From positions 2,739,165 to 2,803,164 of the forward strand of contig CBDCWR010000007.1 of NCBI GenBank assembly GCA_965223385.1: a DNA stretch of 64,000 nt. The letters run 5' to 3'. Each line of letters opens with the position of its first letter. Position 1 is the first letter of the stretch. This document shows positions 30,731 to 40,712 of the stretch, one piece after another. Under the pieces are notes generated by a model. That model was not told where the DNA came from. It searched no databases and worked only from the letters and a program-made list of their open reading frames with translations. The stretch is from Candidatus Multivoraceae bacterium. Lineage in GTDB: Bacteria > Acidobacteriota > Thermoanaerobaculia > Multivoradales > Multivoraceae. The position numbers and the translations under genes were made by a program.

Positions 30731-30791
30731 GTTCCCTCACGGCCCACGAGGAGCGAGCGCCAGCGAGCGTTCGTGGGCCGTGAGGGAATCG
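30731..30791. repeat. Inverted duplicate of the tRNA-Lys 3' end forming a ~19-bp hairpin with the tRNA's own T-stem/acceptor 3' strand
   Basis: 30731-30749 gttccctcacggcccacga is the reverse complement of 30771-30789, separated by a 21-nt loop. Confidence 0.6.
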
Positions 30792-30848
30792 AACCCCCGA
30801 CCATCGGATTAAAAGTCCACCGCTCTACCAACTGAGCTAACGGCCCAC
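30772..30848 (-). tRNA. tRNA-Lys (anticodon TTT)
   Basis: Reverse complement GTGGGCCGTTAGCTCAGTTGGTAGAGCGGTGGACTTTTAATCCGATGGTCGGGGGTTCGATTCCCTCACGGCCCACG; CTTTTAA anticodon loop; CCA not encoded. Confidence 0.85.
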
Positions 30849-30927
30849 GGCAGTATACGGGCGACCCCGCCGCAATGGGAGCCCCGCTGTGCGATGCTCC
30901 GAGCTGCATCTCGAGTGAGGAGCGCGC

Positions 30928-31611
30928 ATGAAGCTGGACACGGTGATCGACGGCATCTGGGTCGCGACCGGACAGGTCAGCCCTGGTCCGGGCGTCAAGA
31001 TGGAGACGCGGACGACGGTGATTCGCAAGCCCGGAGGTGGGCTGTTGGTGCATTCGCCCATCGCGCTGGGTCCGTGGGCCGACGAGGTCGACACCCTCGG
31101 CGAGGTCGAGGACCTGGTCGCACCAAACCTCTTTCACCACCTGTTCCTCTCTGCGGCGCGTGCGCGGTGGAGTGGGGCGCGGGCCTTCGGTCCGACGGGG
31201 CTCGAGCAGAAGAACCCCGCCGTGGGCGCGCTCGAGCCCCTCGGGCCGCCCGGCGATTGGAACGACTGCTTCCGCCTGTTCGAGGTGGCGGGCATGCCCA
31301 ACTTCCGCGAGTGGGTGCTCCTGCACACACCCTCCCGCACCCTGATTCCGACGGACCTCATCTTCAACGAGCCCGTGCCGCTCAGCTTCACGTCGGGGCT
31401 GTTCTTCAGGCTCTTCGGCACCTACGGGAAGCTCTCGGTGAGCCGACTCTTCCTCAGCATGGTGAAGGACAAGGCGGCGTTCGCCGCGTCGCTGGTGCCC
31501 CTGGTCGAGCTCGAGGTCGACCGCGTGATCATGGCGCACGGCAAGATCCTCGAAGAGCGGGCCCAGGAGCGTTTTCGGGAGGTTCTTGCGCCTCACCTGC
31601 CTGGTGGGTGA
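30928..31611 (+). CDS. Hypothetical protein, DUF4336-like
   Basis: 227 aa with the MKLDTVIDGIWVATG... pattern reminiscent of DUF4336; no signal peptide. Confidence 0.45.
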   Translation: MKLDTVIDGIWVATGQVSPGPGVKMETRTTVIRKPGGGLLVHSPIALGPWADEVDTLGEVEDLVAPNLFHHLFLSAARARWSGARAFGPTGLEQKNPAVGALEPLGPPGDWNDCFRLFEVAGMPNFREWVLLHTPSRTLIPTDLIFNEPVPLSFTSGLFFRLFGTYGKLSVSRLFLSMVKDKAAFAASLVPLVELEVDRVIMAHGKILEERAQERFREVLAPHLPGG

Positions 31612-31661
31612 TGGCGCCAATTATTGATTCATTGCTATGAATCGACATACAATGGAGACGG

Positions 31662-33152
31662 TTGCCGTCGGTCGGGAACCCAGTCTGGAGGTCTCCATTG
31701 CGCTTTCTCTTCTTTCCCGTCGCCCTGCTCCTCGTGCTGCCGGTCCAGGCGGCACAAGGCCCCGCCGAAACCACGTCGTCGACGCGCCCGACGATCGAAG
31801 CACGACACGAAGCCGTGGCCTCCGGGCTGGGTACGGAGCTCAGGAGCGCCGCGCGAGCTCTCGGGCACGGCGACAAACTGCGCGTGCGCGACGTGCCTCT
31901 GTTCGACGGTCCGCTTGCCGAGCTCGAGCTCGAGAGCTTCTCGGTGTTCAAGGACGGCGCTCGGATCATGGTGCAGGGCGCCGACGGCAATCGGGCGGTC
32001 GAGCCCCCGGACGACCGCCTGTTCCGGGGTCGCGTGGCGGGCGAAGACGACTCCCTCGCCTTCGTCGGTGTGATGGAGGACGGGTCGCTGCAGGGGCTCG
32101 TGGTGCTCGACGACCGCATCTTCCTCGTGGGCACCGAGCGTGAGGATGCCGACGGCCCGCTGGGCGTTTCGTCGTCCGCGACGGCCCCGGGGGCGGCGCC
32201 CCCGCTGGAGCGCCGGGTGTCGGTGCAGCAGCTCGAAGACATGGAGGAGTCGCTGCAGGAGCTCGCCTTCCGCTGCGGCAACGACGACCACCCGACTCCG
32301 CTCGATCTGCGCTCGTTCCTCCCGGACCAGACCGGCTCCGTGAGCGGCGGTCTCTTCCGCCAGGAGTCGGCCATGCTGGCGACCTACGCGGTGGATGTGG
32401 CTCTCGAGACCGACCACGAGTTCTACCAACGATTCGGCAGCACGAGTGGCGCGCTGAGCTACATCAACCTCCTCTTCGGCGCGATTGCGACGATCTACGA
32501 GCGCGACGTCGACACGCAGCTCCGGGTCTCGCACGCGCAGCTCTACTCGACCTCTGCGGATCCCTGGGGCACGAACCCGAACACGTACCTCGACGACCTG
32601 ATGAGCTACTGGCAGAACAACAACCAGGGCATCCAGCGCACCCTCGTGCACCAGCTGCGCGGCCGCACGGACGGGTTTGGCGTGGCCTACGTGGGCGTGC
32701 TCTGCTCCCAGAGCTTCCACTACGGGCTCACCACGAGCATCCGCGGGAACTACCATCCTCAGCAGACCGTGCCCGTGTGGGATCTCGTGGCGGTGGCGCA
32801 CGAGCTGGGACACAACTTCAGCTCGCCGCACACGCACTGCTACAACCCGCCGATCGACCAGTGCTCGACCTCGGGCAACGGCTGCTATTCGGGCCCGACC
32901 TCGGTGCCGTCGGACGGCAGCACGATCATGAGCTACTGCCACCTCCGCAGCGGCGGCATGAACAACATCAACACGTATCTCGGGCGCGCCGGTTTCTACG
33001 GCAACCAGTCAGAGCGCGTGAACCAGCAGATCCTGAACCACCTCGCCTGGGCCCAGGGCAACCAGTGCCTGCCCGCCGTGGTGCCGCCCACGCCGATCTT
33101 CGCCGACAACTTCGAGTCGGGAAGCACGAGCGCCTGGGGCACGACGCCGTAG
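31662..33152 (+). CDS. Secreted zinc metalloprotease (metzincin; reprolysin/M12B-like HExxHxxGxxH)
   Basis: VAHELGHNFSSPHTH plus a Met-turn-like TIMSYC; signal peptide FLFFPVALLLVLPVQA. The ORF begins with TTG. Confidence 0.7.
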   Translation: MPSVGNPVWRSPLRFLFFPVALLLVLPVQAAQGPAETTSSTRPTIEARHEAVASGLGTELRSAARALGHGDKLRVRDVPLFDGPLAELELESFSVFKDGARIMVQGADGNRAVEPPDDRLFRGRVAGEDDSLAFVGVMEDGSLQGLVVLDDRIFLVGTEREDADGPLGVSSSATAPGAAPPLERRVSVQQLEDMEESLQELAFRCGNDDHPTPLDLRSFLPDQTGSVSGGLFRQESAMLATYAVDVALETDHEFYQRFGSTSGALSYINLLFGAIATIYERDVDTQLRVSHAQLYSTSADPWGTNPNTYLDDLMSYWQNNNQGIQRTLVHQLRGRTDGFGVAYVGVLCSQSFHYGLTTSIRGNYHPQQTVPVWDLVAVAHELGHNFSSPHTHCYNPPIDQCSTSGNGCYSGPTSVPSDGSTIMSYCHLRSGGMNNINTYLGRAGFYGNQSERVNQQILNHLAWAQGNQCLPAVVPPTPIFADNFESGSTSAWGTTP

Positions 33153-33219
33153 CCGTTTGACAAGGGCCGCGGTCGAGCTAGCAGCGCGCAACCCAACGAG
33201 CGCAGCGAAGTGGCTCTCT

Positions 33220-33624
33220 GGCCTGGAGGCGGCGAACGCCGCCGACGGGCCCGGGCAGGGCCCGGGCCGAAGCGACGCGGGCGCAGCCCGCATGGAGCGG
33301 TCCGCGGGTTACGAGCTGGCGTGCGTGCGCTAGTCAGCGCAGCCAAAAATGCCGTTTCTCCGGCCTGGAGGCGGCGAACGCCGCCGACCGGCCCGGGCAG
33401 GGCCCGGGCCGAAGCGACGCGGGCGCAGCCCGCATGGAGCGGTCCGCGAGTGACTAGCTGGCGTGCGTGCGCTAGTCAGCGCAGCCAAAATGCCGTTTCT
33501 CCGGCCTGGAGGCGGCGAACGCCGCCGACCGGCCCGGGCAGGGCCCGGGCCGAAGCGACGCGGGCGCAGCCCGCATGGAGCGGTCCGCGAGTGACTAGCT
33601 GGCGTGCGTGCGCTAGTCAGCGCA
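33220..33624. repeat. Tandem repeat array, ~141-bp unit x ~2.9, rich in short GC palindromes (ggcggcgaacgccgcc; cccgggcagggcccggg)
   Basis: Units begin at 33220, 33362 and 33503. Lies in the convergent intergenic space between the protease and thiolase genes, abutting the thiolase stop. Confidence 0.85.
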
Positions 33625-33626
33625 CG

Positions 33627-34814
33627 CTAAGCCAGCTCGAAGAGACCGGCCGCGCCCTGTCCGCCACCGATACACATCGTGACGACGCCGTAGCGTGCCT
33701 TGCGACGCTGCATCTCGTTGGCCAGGTGCCCGACCATCCGCGAGCCGGTCATGCCGAACGGATGGCCGATGGCGATGGAGCCGCCGTTCACGTTCAGCTT
33801 CTCCTGGTCGATGCCCAGGCGGTCGCGGCAGTAGACGACCTGTGACGCGAACGCCTCGTTGAGCTCCCACAGGTCGATGTCGTCGACCTTCAGACCATGG
33901 CGCTCGAGGAGCTTCGGAATCGCGAAGACCGGGCCGATCCCCATCTCGTCGGGCTCGCAGCCGGCCACCGCGAAGCCGCGGAATACGACCTTCGCGTCGA
34001 TGCCGAGCTCGTTCGCGCGCTCGCGCGACATGAGGAGCGTGGCCGAAGCGCCGTCGGAGAGCTGGCTGGCGTTGCCCGCCGTGACGCTGCCCTGGCCCGA
34101 ATCGGGATCGAAGTACGGCTGCAGGTTGCCGAGACCCTGGAGCGTGGTGTCGGGCCGGTTGCACTCGTCGCGCTCGACGGTCTTGGTCTCGGTGCGCGCG
34201 ATCTTCTTGGTCTCCTTGTCGATGATGCCGTAGGTGACCTCCATCGGCGCGAGCTCTTCGTCGAAGTGGCCAGCCTGCTGGCCGGCGGCGGTGCGCTGCT
34301 GGCTCATGAGCGAGTACTCGTCCTGTGCCTCGCGCGTGACGTTGTAGCGCTTGGCGACCACCTCGGCCGTGTCACCCATGGCCATGTAGAGCTCGGGCTT
34401 GTTCTCGACGACCCAGGGGTTCGGGCTGGACTCACCGCCCATGTTGAACGTGATGCTCTCGACGCCTCCGCCGATGGCCGCGTCGGCCCCGTTCACCATG
34501 ATCTGGTGGGCGGCCATGGCCACCGACTGCAGACCGGACGAGCAGAAGCGGTTGACCGTGGTGCCGGGAATCGTGATGGGCAGGCCGGCACGCACCGCGG
34601 CGACGCGGGCCACGTTCGAGCCCGATGCGCGCTCGGGTGTGGCGCAGCCGGCAATGACGTCTTCGACCTCGGCCGGGTCGAGCTCGGGAACCTTCGCGAG
34701 CACGTCGCTGAGACAGTGGGCGAGCAGGTCGTCGGGGCGGGTCATGTTGAACGAGCCGCGGAAGGACTTGGCCAGCGGAGTGCGCGAGCTGGCGACAACG
34801 ACGGCTTCTCTCAT
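33627..34814 (-). CDS. Acetyl-CoA C-acyltransferase (3-ketoacyl-CoA thiolase; FadA/PcaF-like)
   Basis: Thiolase active-site motifs: VNRFCSSGLQSV (Cys nucleophile), NVNGGSIAIGHPFGMTGSR, VVTMCIGGGQGAAGLFE. Confidence 0.85.
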   Translation of the reverse strand: MREAVVVASSRTPLAKSFRGSFNMTRPDDLLAHCLSDVLAKVPELDPAEVEDVIAGCATPERASGSNVARVAAVRAGLPITIPGTTVNRFCSSGLQSVAMAAHQIMVNGADAAIGGGVESITFNMGGESSPNPWVVENKPELYMAMGDTAEVVAKRYNVTREAQDEYSLMSQQRTAAGQQAGHFDEELAPMEVTYGIIDKETKKIARTETKTVERDECNRPDTTLQGLGNLQPYFDPDSGQGSVTAGNASQLSDGASATLLMSRERANELGIDAKVVFRGFAVAGCEPDEMGIGPVFAIPKLLERHGLKVDDIDLWELNEAFASQVVYCRDRLGIDQEKLNVNGGSIAIGHPFGMTGSRMVGHLANEMQRRKARYGVVTMCIGGGQGAAGLFELA

Positions 34815-35059
34815 GGGAAGGCTCCTTTTCTAGGGCTTTTGGGGGCGTTCAAAGTAGCAGGGGCCCCTGTCGGCGTCAATGTGCCGAGGGGCACCGAACC
34901 CCACAGTTCCGGGGTCCTGCGGCGGCCGCGGCTCGTCCCAGGAAGCGCCTCCGCAGGCGGCTCGCAGGGTGGGCAGCGAGAACTTCCGGAGGGCCTGCAC
35001 GTATTCCCAGCATCCGCGAAGCGTCGGGAGCTCCGCGAGTTCAGGACCGAGGTGACGTC

Positions 35060-37504
35060 ATGGGCGACCTGCTCCGAGATCTGAAGTACAGCGTGCGGAT
35101 GCTCTTCAAGAGCCCGCTCTTCTCTTTTGTCGCGATCGTGACGCTCGCGCTCGGCATCGGGCTCAACGCCGCCACCTTCAGCGTGGTGCACACGCTGTTG
35201 GTCGAAACGCTGCCCGGCGCGCACGAGCCCGACCGCCTGGTGCAGGTGTACCGCGCCTGGCCTGGCATGGACTACGGCTCGAACTCGATCCCGCACTACC
35301 AGGACGTGCGCGATCGCTCCGGCGAGGTCTTCGAGAGCGTCGCAGCCTGGACCTTCGCTCCGGTGTCGATCTCGGCCGAAGGGCGCAGCGAGCGCATCAT
35401 GGGCGTGCTGGCGAGCGCCAACTTCTTCGACACGTACGGTGTCGTGCCGGAGGTGGGCCGCGGGTTCATCGCCGGGGTGGAGTCGGAGGGGCCGGGGGAG
35501 CACCCCGTCACGGTGCTGGGTTACAGCTTCTGGCAGTCGCGCTTCGGCGGAGACGAGGGCGTCGTCGGGCGGACGCTGCAGGTGAACGGCCAGCCGTTCG
35601 AGGTGGTGGGCATCGTGCCCGAGGGGTTCCGCGGTCCGATGTCGATGATGGACGTGCCGCTCTACTTTCCCCTGATGATGCAGCCGCAGTTGAACCCCGT
35701 GCGCAACCTCATCGAGCGCCGGGGCAGCAACTCCTTTTTCTCGGACGCCCGCCTGCGCGACGGTAAGACCGTGGAGCAGGCGGAGCAGATGATGGAGGCG
35801 ATGCACGTCGCGCTACGTGAAGAGCTTCCGGACCAGTACAACGAGAACTCGTCCTTCACGCTGGTGCCCCAGAACGAGGCGGGCATCCACCCGATGTTCA
35901 AGGATGCGCAGGTCGGCATGAGCGCGGTCATCATGACGGTGGTCGCTCTCCTCCTGATGATCGCGTGCGTCAACGTGGCCAATCTCTTCCTGGCGCGTGC
36001 GCGGGAGCGCCGTCAGGAGATGGGGGTGCGCATCAGTCTCGGCGGCGGCCGGCTGAGGATCGTGCGGCAGCTGCTCACCGAGAGCATGGTGTTCAGCGCT
36101 CTGGGTGGGCTCGCCGGCGTCGGGCTGGCCTATCTGTCCGGCTACCTGCTGCAGCGCGTGCAGCTGCCGGTGGACGGCCCGTTCGCCTTCAACTTCGAGG
36201 TGGACCGCACCGTGCTGCTCTTCACGCTCGGGGTCTCGGTGTTGGCGGGGCTGCTCTTCGGCCTCGTGCCGGCGCTGCAGGCGTCGAGCCCGCAGCTCGT
36301 GCAGGCGATTCGCGACGGCGCGGGAGGCGGGTGGAGCCGCTCGCGCCTGAGCCGCGGCCTCATCGTCCTGCAGGTGGCGCTCTCCCTCGTGCTGCTCATC
36401 ACGTCCGGCCTCTTCCTGAGGGCCCTCGAAGGCGCGACACGCATCGACCCGGGCTTCGACGAGCCCGCCAGCCTGGCAATGGCCTCGGTCGACCCGGGCC
36501 TGCAGGGGTACGCCCCCGAGCGCACGCACGAGTTCTTCGACCGCCTCCAGGAGAACCTGGAGCGGCAGCCCGGCATCCAGTCGGTTGGCCTGGCCAACTC
36601 GCTGCCGTTGGGCCTGGGAGGCTCCGACACGTCGGTCACGGTGCCGGGGTACGAGTTTGCGGAAGGCGAGCTGCGCAGTCTGCGCTACGCCTACGTCAGG
36701 GAGGGTTTCCTCGAGACCATGGGGATCGAGCTCCTGGAGGGCCGCACCTTCACGCGTCAGGACGATGCGACGGCCGCGCCCGGCATCATCGTGAACCAGC
36801 GGTTCGCGCAGCGCTTCTGGCCTGGTGAGTCGGCGCTCGGGAAGGTCGTCAACACGATCGGGCAGCAGCGGACGGTGCTGGGTGTCGTCGAGACGGGCAA
36901 GGTGCAGAGCCTCGGAGAAGAGCCCACGGAGTACATGTACTTTCCGCAGCGCGAGCTCTTCGCCTCCGCGATGACCGTCGTCGTGCGTACCGGGGGCTCC
37001 GCCGAGGCGGCCCTCCAGGCGCTCCGCCAGACGGTGCGCGAGCTCGACGCGGACATGCCGGTGTACGACGTGCGCACCATGCAGGATCACCTGGGCCTGG
37101 CGCTGCTCCCCGCACGCCTCGCGGGAACGGTGCTGGGCGCGTTTGGCATCCTTGGCCTCCTACTCGCGGCGGTTGGCATCTACGGCGTGATGGCCTACTC
37201 GGTCTCGCAGCGGCAGAAGGAGCTGGGTATCCGGGTCGCCCTCGGGGCGGATCAGCCCAACGTGGTGCAGATGGTGGTCGCCGACGGCCTGCGGCTCACG
37301 GCGATCGGCGTGGCGCTCGGGCTCGCCGGCGCAGCCGCTGCATCACGCCTGGTGGCCGGCATGCTCTACGACGTCTCCGCGCTCGACCCCATCGCGTTTG
37401 GCCTCGTGCCGCTGATCCTCGTCGGGGTCGCCTTCCTCGCGGTGTACGTGCCCGCGCGCCGCGCGTCGAAGGTCGATCCGATCCGCGTGCTCAAGGTCGC
37501 CTGA
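35060..37504 (+). CDS. ABC transporter permease, duplicated FtsX/MacB-like (ADOP family)
   Basis: MGDLLRDLKYSVRMLFKSPLFSFVAIVTLALGIGLNAATFSVV...; two MacB-periplasmic-core + FtsX 4-TM modules; 814 aa. Confidence 0.8.
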   Translation: MGDLLRDLKYSVRMLFKSPLFSFVAIVTLALGIGLNAATFSVVHTLLVETLPGAHEPDRLVQVYRAWPGMDYGSNSIPHYQDVRDRSGEVFESVAAWTFAPVSISAEGRSERIMGVLASANFFDTYGVVPEVGRGFIAGVESEGPGEHPVTVLGYSFWQSRFGGDEGVVGRTLQVNGQPFEVVGIVPEGFRGPMSMMDVPLYFPLMMQPQLNPVRNLIERRGSNSFFSDARLRDGKTVEQAEQMMEAMHVALREELPDQYNENSSFTLVPQNEAGIHPMFKDAQVGMSAVIMTVVALLLMIACVNVANLFLARARERRQEMGVRISLGGGRLRIVRQLLTESMVFSALGGLAGVGLAYLSGYLLQRVQLPVDGPFAFNFEVDRTVLLFTLGVSVLAGLLFGLVPALQASSPQLVQAIRDGAGGGWSRSRLSRGLIVLQVALSLVLLITSGLFLRALEGATRIDPGFDEPASLAMASVDPGLQGYAPERTHEFFDRLQENLERQPGIQSVGLANSLPLGLGGSDTSVTVPGYEFAEGELRSLRYAYVREGFLETMGIELLEGRTFTRQDDATAAPGIIVNQRFAQRFWPGESALGKVVNTIGQQRTVLGVVETGKVQSLGEEPTEYMYFPQRELFASAMTVVVRTGGSAEAALQALRQTVRELDADMPVYDVRTMQDHLGLALLPARLAGTVLGAFGILGLLLAAVGIYGVMAYSVSQRQKELGIRVALGADQPNVVQMVVADGLRLTAIGVALGLAGAAAASRLVAGMLYDVSALDPIAFGLVPLILVGVAFLAVYVPARRASKVDPIRVLKVA

Positions 37505-37652
37505 AGGCGGAGCTGGAGCTCGGTCGGGAAGGCGCCGGCGGAGCCACGCTTCGCGGGGCGCCCCGGCCTCGCTATCATCACGGGACGGCCTCCCAAGACG
37601 ACCCGCGCGCACGGTGGCGTGGGCTCCCTCACTCGTGCTCCCTGGAGACTCC

Positions 37653-38951
37653 ATGAAGATCAAGTCCGTTTCCGCGATCCTCTGTGCGGTGCTGCTGCTT
37701 GCGGCGTCCGCCGTCTGGTCCAACACGGCCGCCGACAGCGCCCGCGACCTCGCCATGGCCGATCCCTCGTCGGTGGGGATGAGCGCCGAAGGCCTTGCGA
37801 AGCTGAACGCCGCGATGCACAAGGTCGTCGACGAAGGCAAGCTCGCCGGCGTCACCACGGTCGTCGCGCGCAAGGGCAAAGTGGTCAACTTCGACGTGTA
37901 CGGCAAGGCCGACCTGGAGAAGGGCACGCCGCTCACGAAGGACTCCATCTTCCGCATCTATTCGATGACGAAGCCGATCGCCGGCGTGGCGCTCATGATG
38001 AGCTACGAAGAGGGCAAGTTCGAGCTCGACGACCCGGTGCACAAGCACATTCCGGAGTGGAAGGGTATGAAGGTCGCGGCGGCAGAAGGCCCCGACGGAA
38101 AGCCCAAGACGGAGAAGGCCGACCACCCCATGACCATGAGAGAGCTCATGAGCCACACGGGTGGCCTCACCTACGGCTTCTTCTCGCGCTCGCAGGTGGA
38201 CACGCTCTACCAGAAGGCGAACGTGCTCGATCGCAATTCCACGCTCGAGCAGATGGTGCAGAAGCTGGCCGACATTCCTCTGCGCCAGCAGCCGGGCTCG
38301 CAGTGGCACTACAGCGTGTCGGTCGACGTGCAGGGCTACCTGGTCGAGAAGTTCACCGGCATGCCCTTCGACGAGGCGCTCAAGAAGCGCATCTTCGAGC
38401 CGCTCGGCATGAAAGACACCGACTTCTGGGTGCCGGAGAGCAAGGCGGATCGCCTCACCGTGCTCTACGTTCCCGGCAAGGACGGCCTCGTCGCGCAGCC
38501 GATGGGCGAGTACCTCGAGAAGCCGGCGTTCTTCTCCGGTGGCGGAGGCCTCGTGTCGACGGCTACCGACTACCTCCGCTTCGCGCAGATGCTGCTCAAC
38601 GGCGGTGAGCTCGACGGCGTGCGCATCCTCGAGCCCGAGACCGTGAAGCTGATGCACACGAACCAGCTCCCGGACAGCATCGAGTACATCAACCCGATGA
38701 TCGGCAACCCCGGCAACACCTTCGGCCTCGACTTTGCGATCGTCGAGAATCCCGACGGCAAGACGGACCACGAGCTCGGCAAGAGCGAGTACTGGTGGTA
38801 CGGCATCGGTGGAACGTGGTTCGGCATCAACCCGACGCAGGACCTGATCGTGATCGGCATGATCCAGGCCCGCGGCGGCGGCGCAGCACGCGGCGTGCGC
38901 CTCGAGAGCAAGAAGCTCGCGTACGAGGCGATCCTCGACCCGGCCAAGTAG
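37653..38951 (+). CDS. Serine hydrolase, beta-lactamase/esterase fold, secreted
   Basis: Signal peptide MKIKSVSAILCAVLLLAASAVWS; SMTK (SxxK) motif; 432 aa. Confidence 0.75.
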   Translation: MKIKSVSAILCAVLLLAASAVWSNTAADSARDLAMADPSSVGMSAEGLAKLNAAMHKVVDEGKLAGVTTVVARKGKVVNFDVYGKADLEKGTPLTKDSIFRIYSMTKPIAGVALMMSYEEGKFELDDPVHKHIPEWKGMKVAAAEGPDGKPKTEKADHPMTMRELMSHTGGLTYGFFSRSQVDTLYQKANVLDRNSTLEQMVQKLADIPLRQQPGSQWHYSVSVDVQGYLVEKFTGMPFDEALKKRIFEPLGMKDTDFWVPESKADRLTVLYVPGKDGLVAQPMGEYLEKPAFFSGGGGLVSTATDYLRFAQMLLNGGELDGVRILEPETVKLMHTNQLPDSIEYINPMIGNPGNTFGLDFAIVENPDGKTDHELGKSEYWWYGIGGTWFGINPTQDLIVIGMIQARGGGAARGVRLESKKLAYEAILDPAK

Positions 38952-38985
38952 CCGCGCCCGAAGCACGACGGCTGGGAGGGTCCGA

Positions 38986-40575
38986 GTGACGCAACGATGG
39001 CTCACACTCGGGCCCGTCTCCAGCCCCTTCAGGTGGTGTGCCGCTGCGCTGGGGCTGTGTGCGCTGGCAGCGGCATGTGCGCCTCTTCAGCCGCGAGGCG
39101 GCGACGTGCCGCCGCGCGGTGAGGAGCGCGCCGTCTCCAGCGCTCCCCACGCCCGGGCCGACGCCGAGGCGGCCGCGGCAGCGCGCTTCGAGTCGGTGCG
39201 GCGTGATCCGGCTCGCCTGCGAGACTTCCTCGCGGCGATGCCCGTGGGGGGCGACCTCCACCATCACCTCGGTGGGGCGATCGCTCCGGACGTCCTCGTG
39301 CGTCTGGCGTCCAGAAACGGACTCTGCATCCCGCGCGCGCCGGAGCGGCGCTGGAGTCTGGTGGCAGGGCCGTGCCGAGGCGAGCTCCGCCCGGTGGCCG
39401 ACGCGCTCGAGGACCCCGAGCTCCTGCTGGAGGTGGAGCGGCGCTGGTCCATGCGGCCCTACGCCGTGCACGACCCGCGCCTCGACCGGAACGAGGCGCG
39501 GGACCATTTCTTCGGCATCTTCGAGCTCATCGACCCTGCGCTCGAAGATCTGGCAGCGCTCCTCGCCTGGGTACGCAACGACGCCGCGCAGCAGGGCATC
39601 GTGTATGTCGAGACGTCCACAGGAGGCGGGGGCGGCGCGCGCCTGGGACCACTGTTGCGTGACACGACGTGGACAGACGACCTCGCCGCGCTGCGAAGCG
39701 CGATGCTCGAGGAGCCGCAGTTCCTGCGGGCGCGCGACGAGACCGTCGCCGCGCTCGATGCCGCGGTCCGAGGGTCGGACCGGCTCCTCGGGTGTGGCCT
39801 CGAGCACGCGCTCCCAGGGTGCTCCGTCGTCGTGCGACTGCAGCTGATCGCGCTGCGGGTGCTGCCGAAGGTCGACGTCTTCCTGCGCACGCTCCTCGCC
39901 TACGAGGTGGCCGCTGCGAGTCCGTGGGTGGTGGGAGTGAACCTGGTCGCGCCCGAGCACGACCCGGTGTCGCTGCGCGACTATCCGCTCCACATGCGGA
40001 TCCACTCGGTGCTCGGCCCCCTCTATCCCACCGTCGGACGCTCCCTGCACGCCGCCGAGTTCGCTCCGTCCGAGGCGCGGCGCCTCGGTGCCACGCGTCA
40101 CCTCGAGCAGGCGGTGGCGGCGCCGGAGGCGGGAGGGGCGTTCGTGCATCGCGTCGGGCATGGCGTCTCCCTGGCCGCCGAGGAGCGCCGCGACGAGGTG
40201 CTCGGTTGGATGCGCGATCGCGGGGTGACGGTGGAGATCAACCTGCGCAGCAATGCGCAGCTGCTGGGTGTGCTCGAGCCGGAGCACCCGCTCCCGGCCT
40301 ACCTCGAGGCCGGCGTGCCCGTGGTGCTGTCGACCGACGACCCCGGCCTCATGGTCACCACCCTGCGAGAGCAGTTCGAGGTGGCGGCACGGTTCGACGA
40401 GGTGAGCTACGGAACGCTCAAGCGGTTCGCTCTCGACAGCATCCGGCGCAGCTTCCTCGAGGAGAGGGAGCGTCTGCGCCTCGAGGCAGAGCTGCGGCGC
40501 CGGTTTGCCGCCTTCGAGGCGGGTCTCCTGCCGGCGGTGCGCGCGTCGGGTGACCTCTTCGGCGCGCAGCGTTGA
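38986..40575 (+). CDS. Adenosine/AMP-deaminase-family metallohydrolase, secreted/lipoprotein-like
   Basis: GGDLHHHLGGAI (HxHLxG) and VVLSTDDP motifs of the adenosine deaminase family; N-terminal signal peptide with Cys. Confidence 0.65.
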   Translation: MTQRWLTLGPVSSPFRWCAAALGLCALAAACAPLQPRGGDVPPRGEERAVSSAPHARADAEAAAAARFESVRRDPARLRDFLAAMPVGGDLHHHLGGAIAPDVLVRLASRNGLCIPRAPERRWSLVAGPCRGELRPVADALEDPELLLEVERRWSMRPYAVHDPRLDRNEARDHFFGIFELIDPALEDLAALLAWVRNDAAQQGIVYVETSTGGGGGARLGPLLRDTTWTDDLAALRSAMLEEPQFLRARDETVAALDAAVRGSDRLLGCGLEHALPGCSVVVRLQLIALRVLPKVDVFLRTLLAYEVAAASPWVVGVNLVAPEHDPVSLRDYPLHMRIHSVLGPLYPTVGRSLHAAEFAPSEARRLGATRHLEQAVAAPEAGGAFVHRVGHGVSLAAEERRDEVLGWMRDRGVTVEINLRSNAQLLGVLEPEHPLPAYLEAGVPVVLSTDDPGLMVTTLREQFEVAARFDEVSYGTLKRFALDSIRRSFLEERERLRLEAELRRRFAAFEAGLLPAVRASGDLFGAQR

Positions 40576-40712
40576 CGGCGCGCGACGCGGGCTCCGCAAC
40601 CCGGGCTCGCCGTGGCGCGTAGAGAGCGGCATGCACCGCCACATCGCTTCGACTGTCGCGCTGCTGCTGGTGGCTTGGGCACCGCTCGCGGCACAGGATC
40701 TCTTCATCCAGG

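Noticed and set aside
30341-33624. Possibility that the two tandem arrays are CRISPR arrays
   Set aside because: Units are 129 and 141 bp, directly abutting with no unique spacers, and there are no cas genes; these are minisatellite-type tandem repeats.
35813-37090. 425-aa minus ORF and the 35965..36828 plus ORF overlapping the ADOP permease
   Set aside because: Antisense or out-of-frame high-GC artefacts without motifs.
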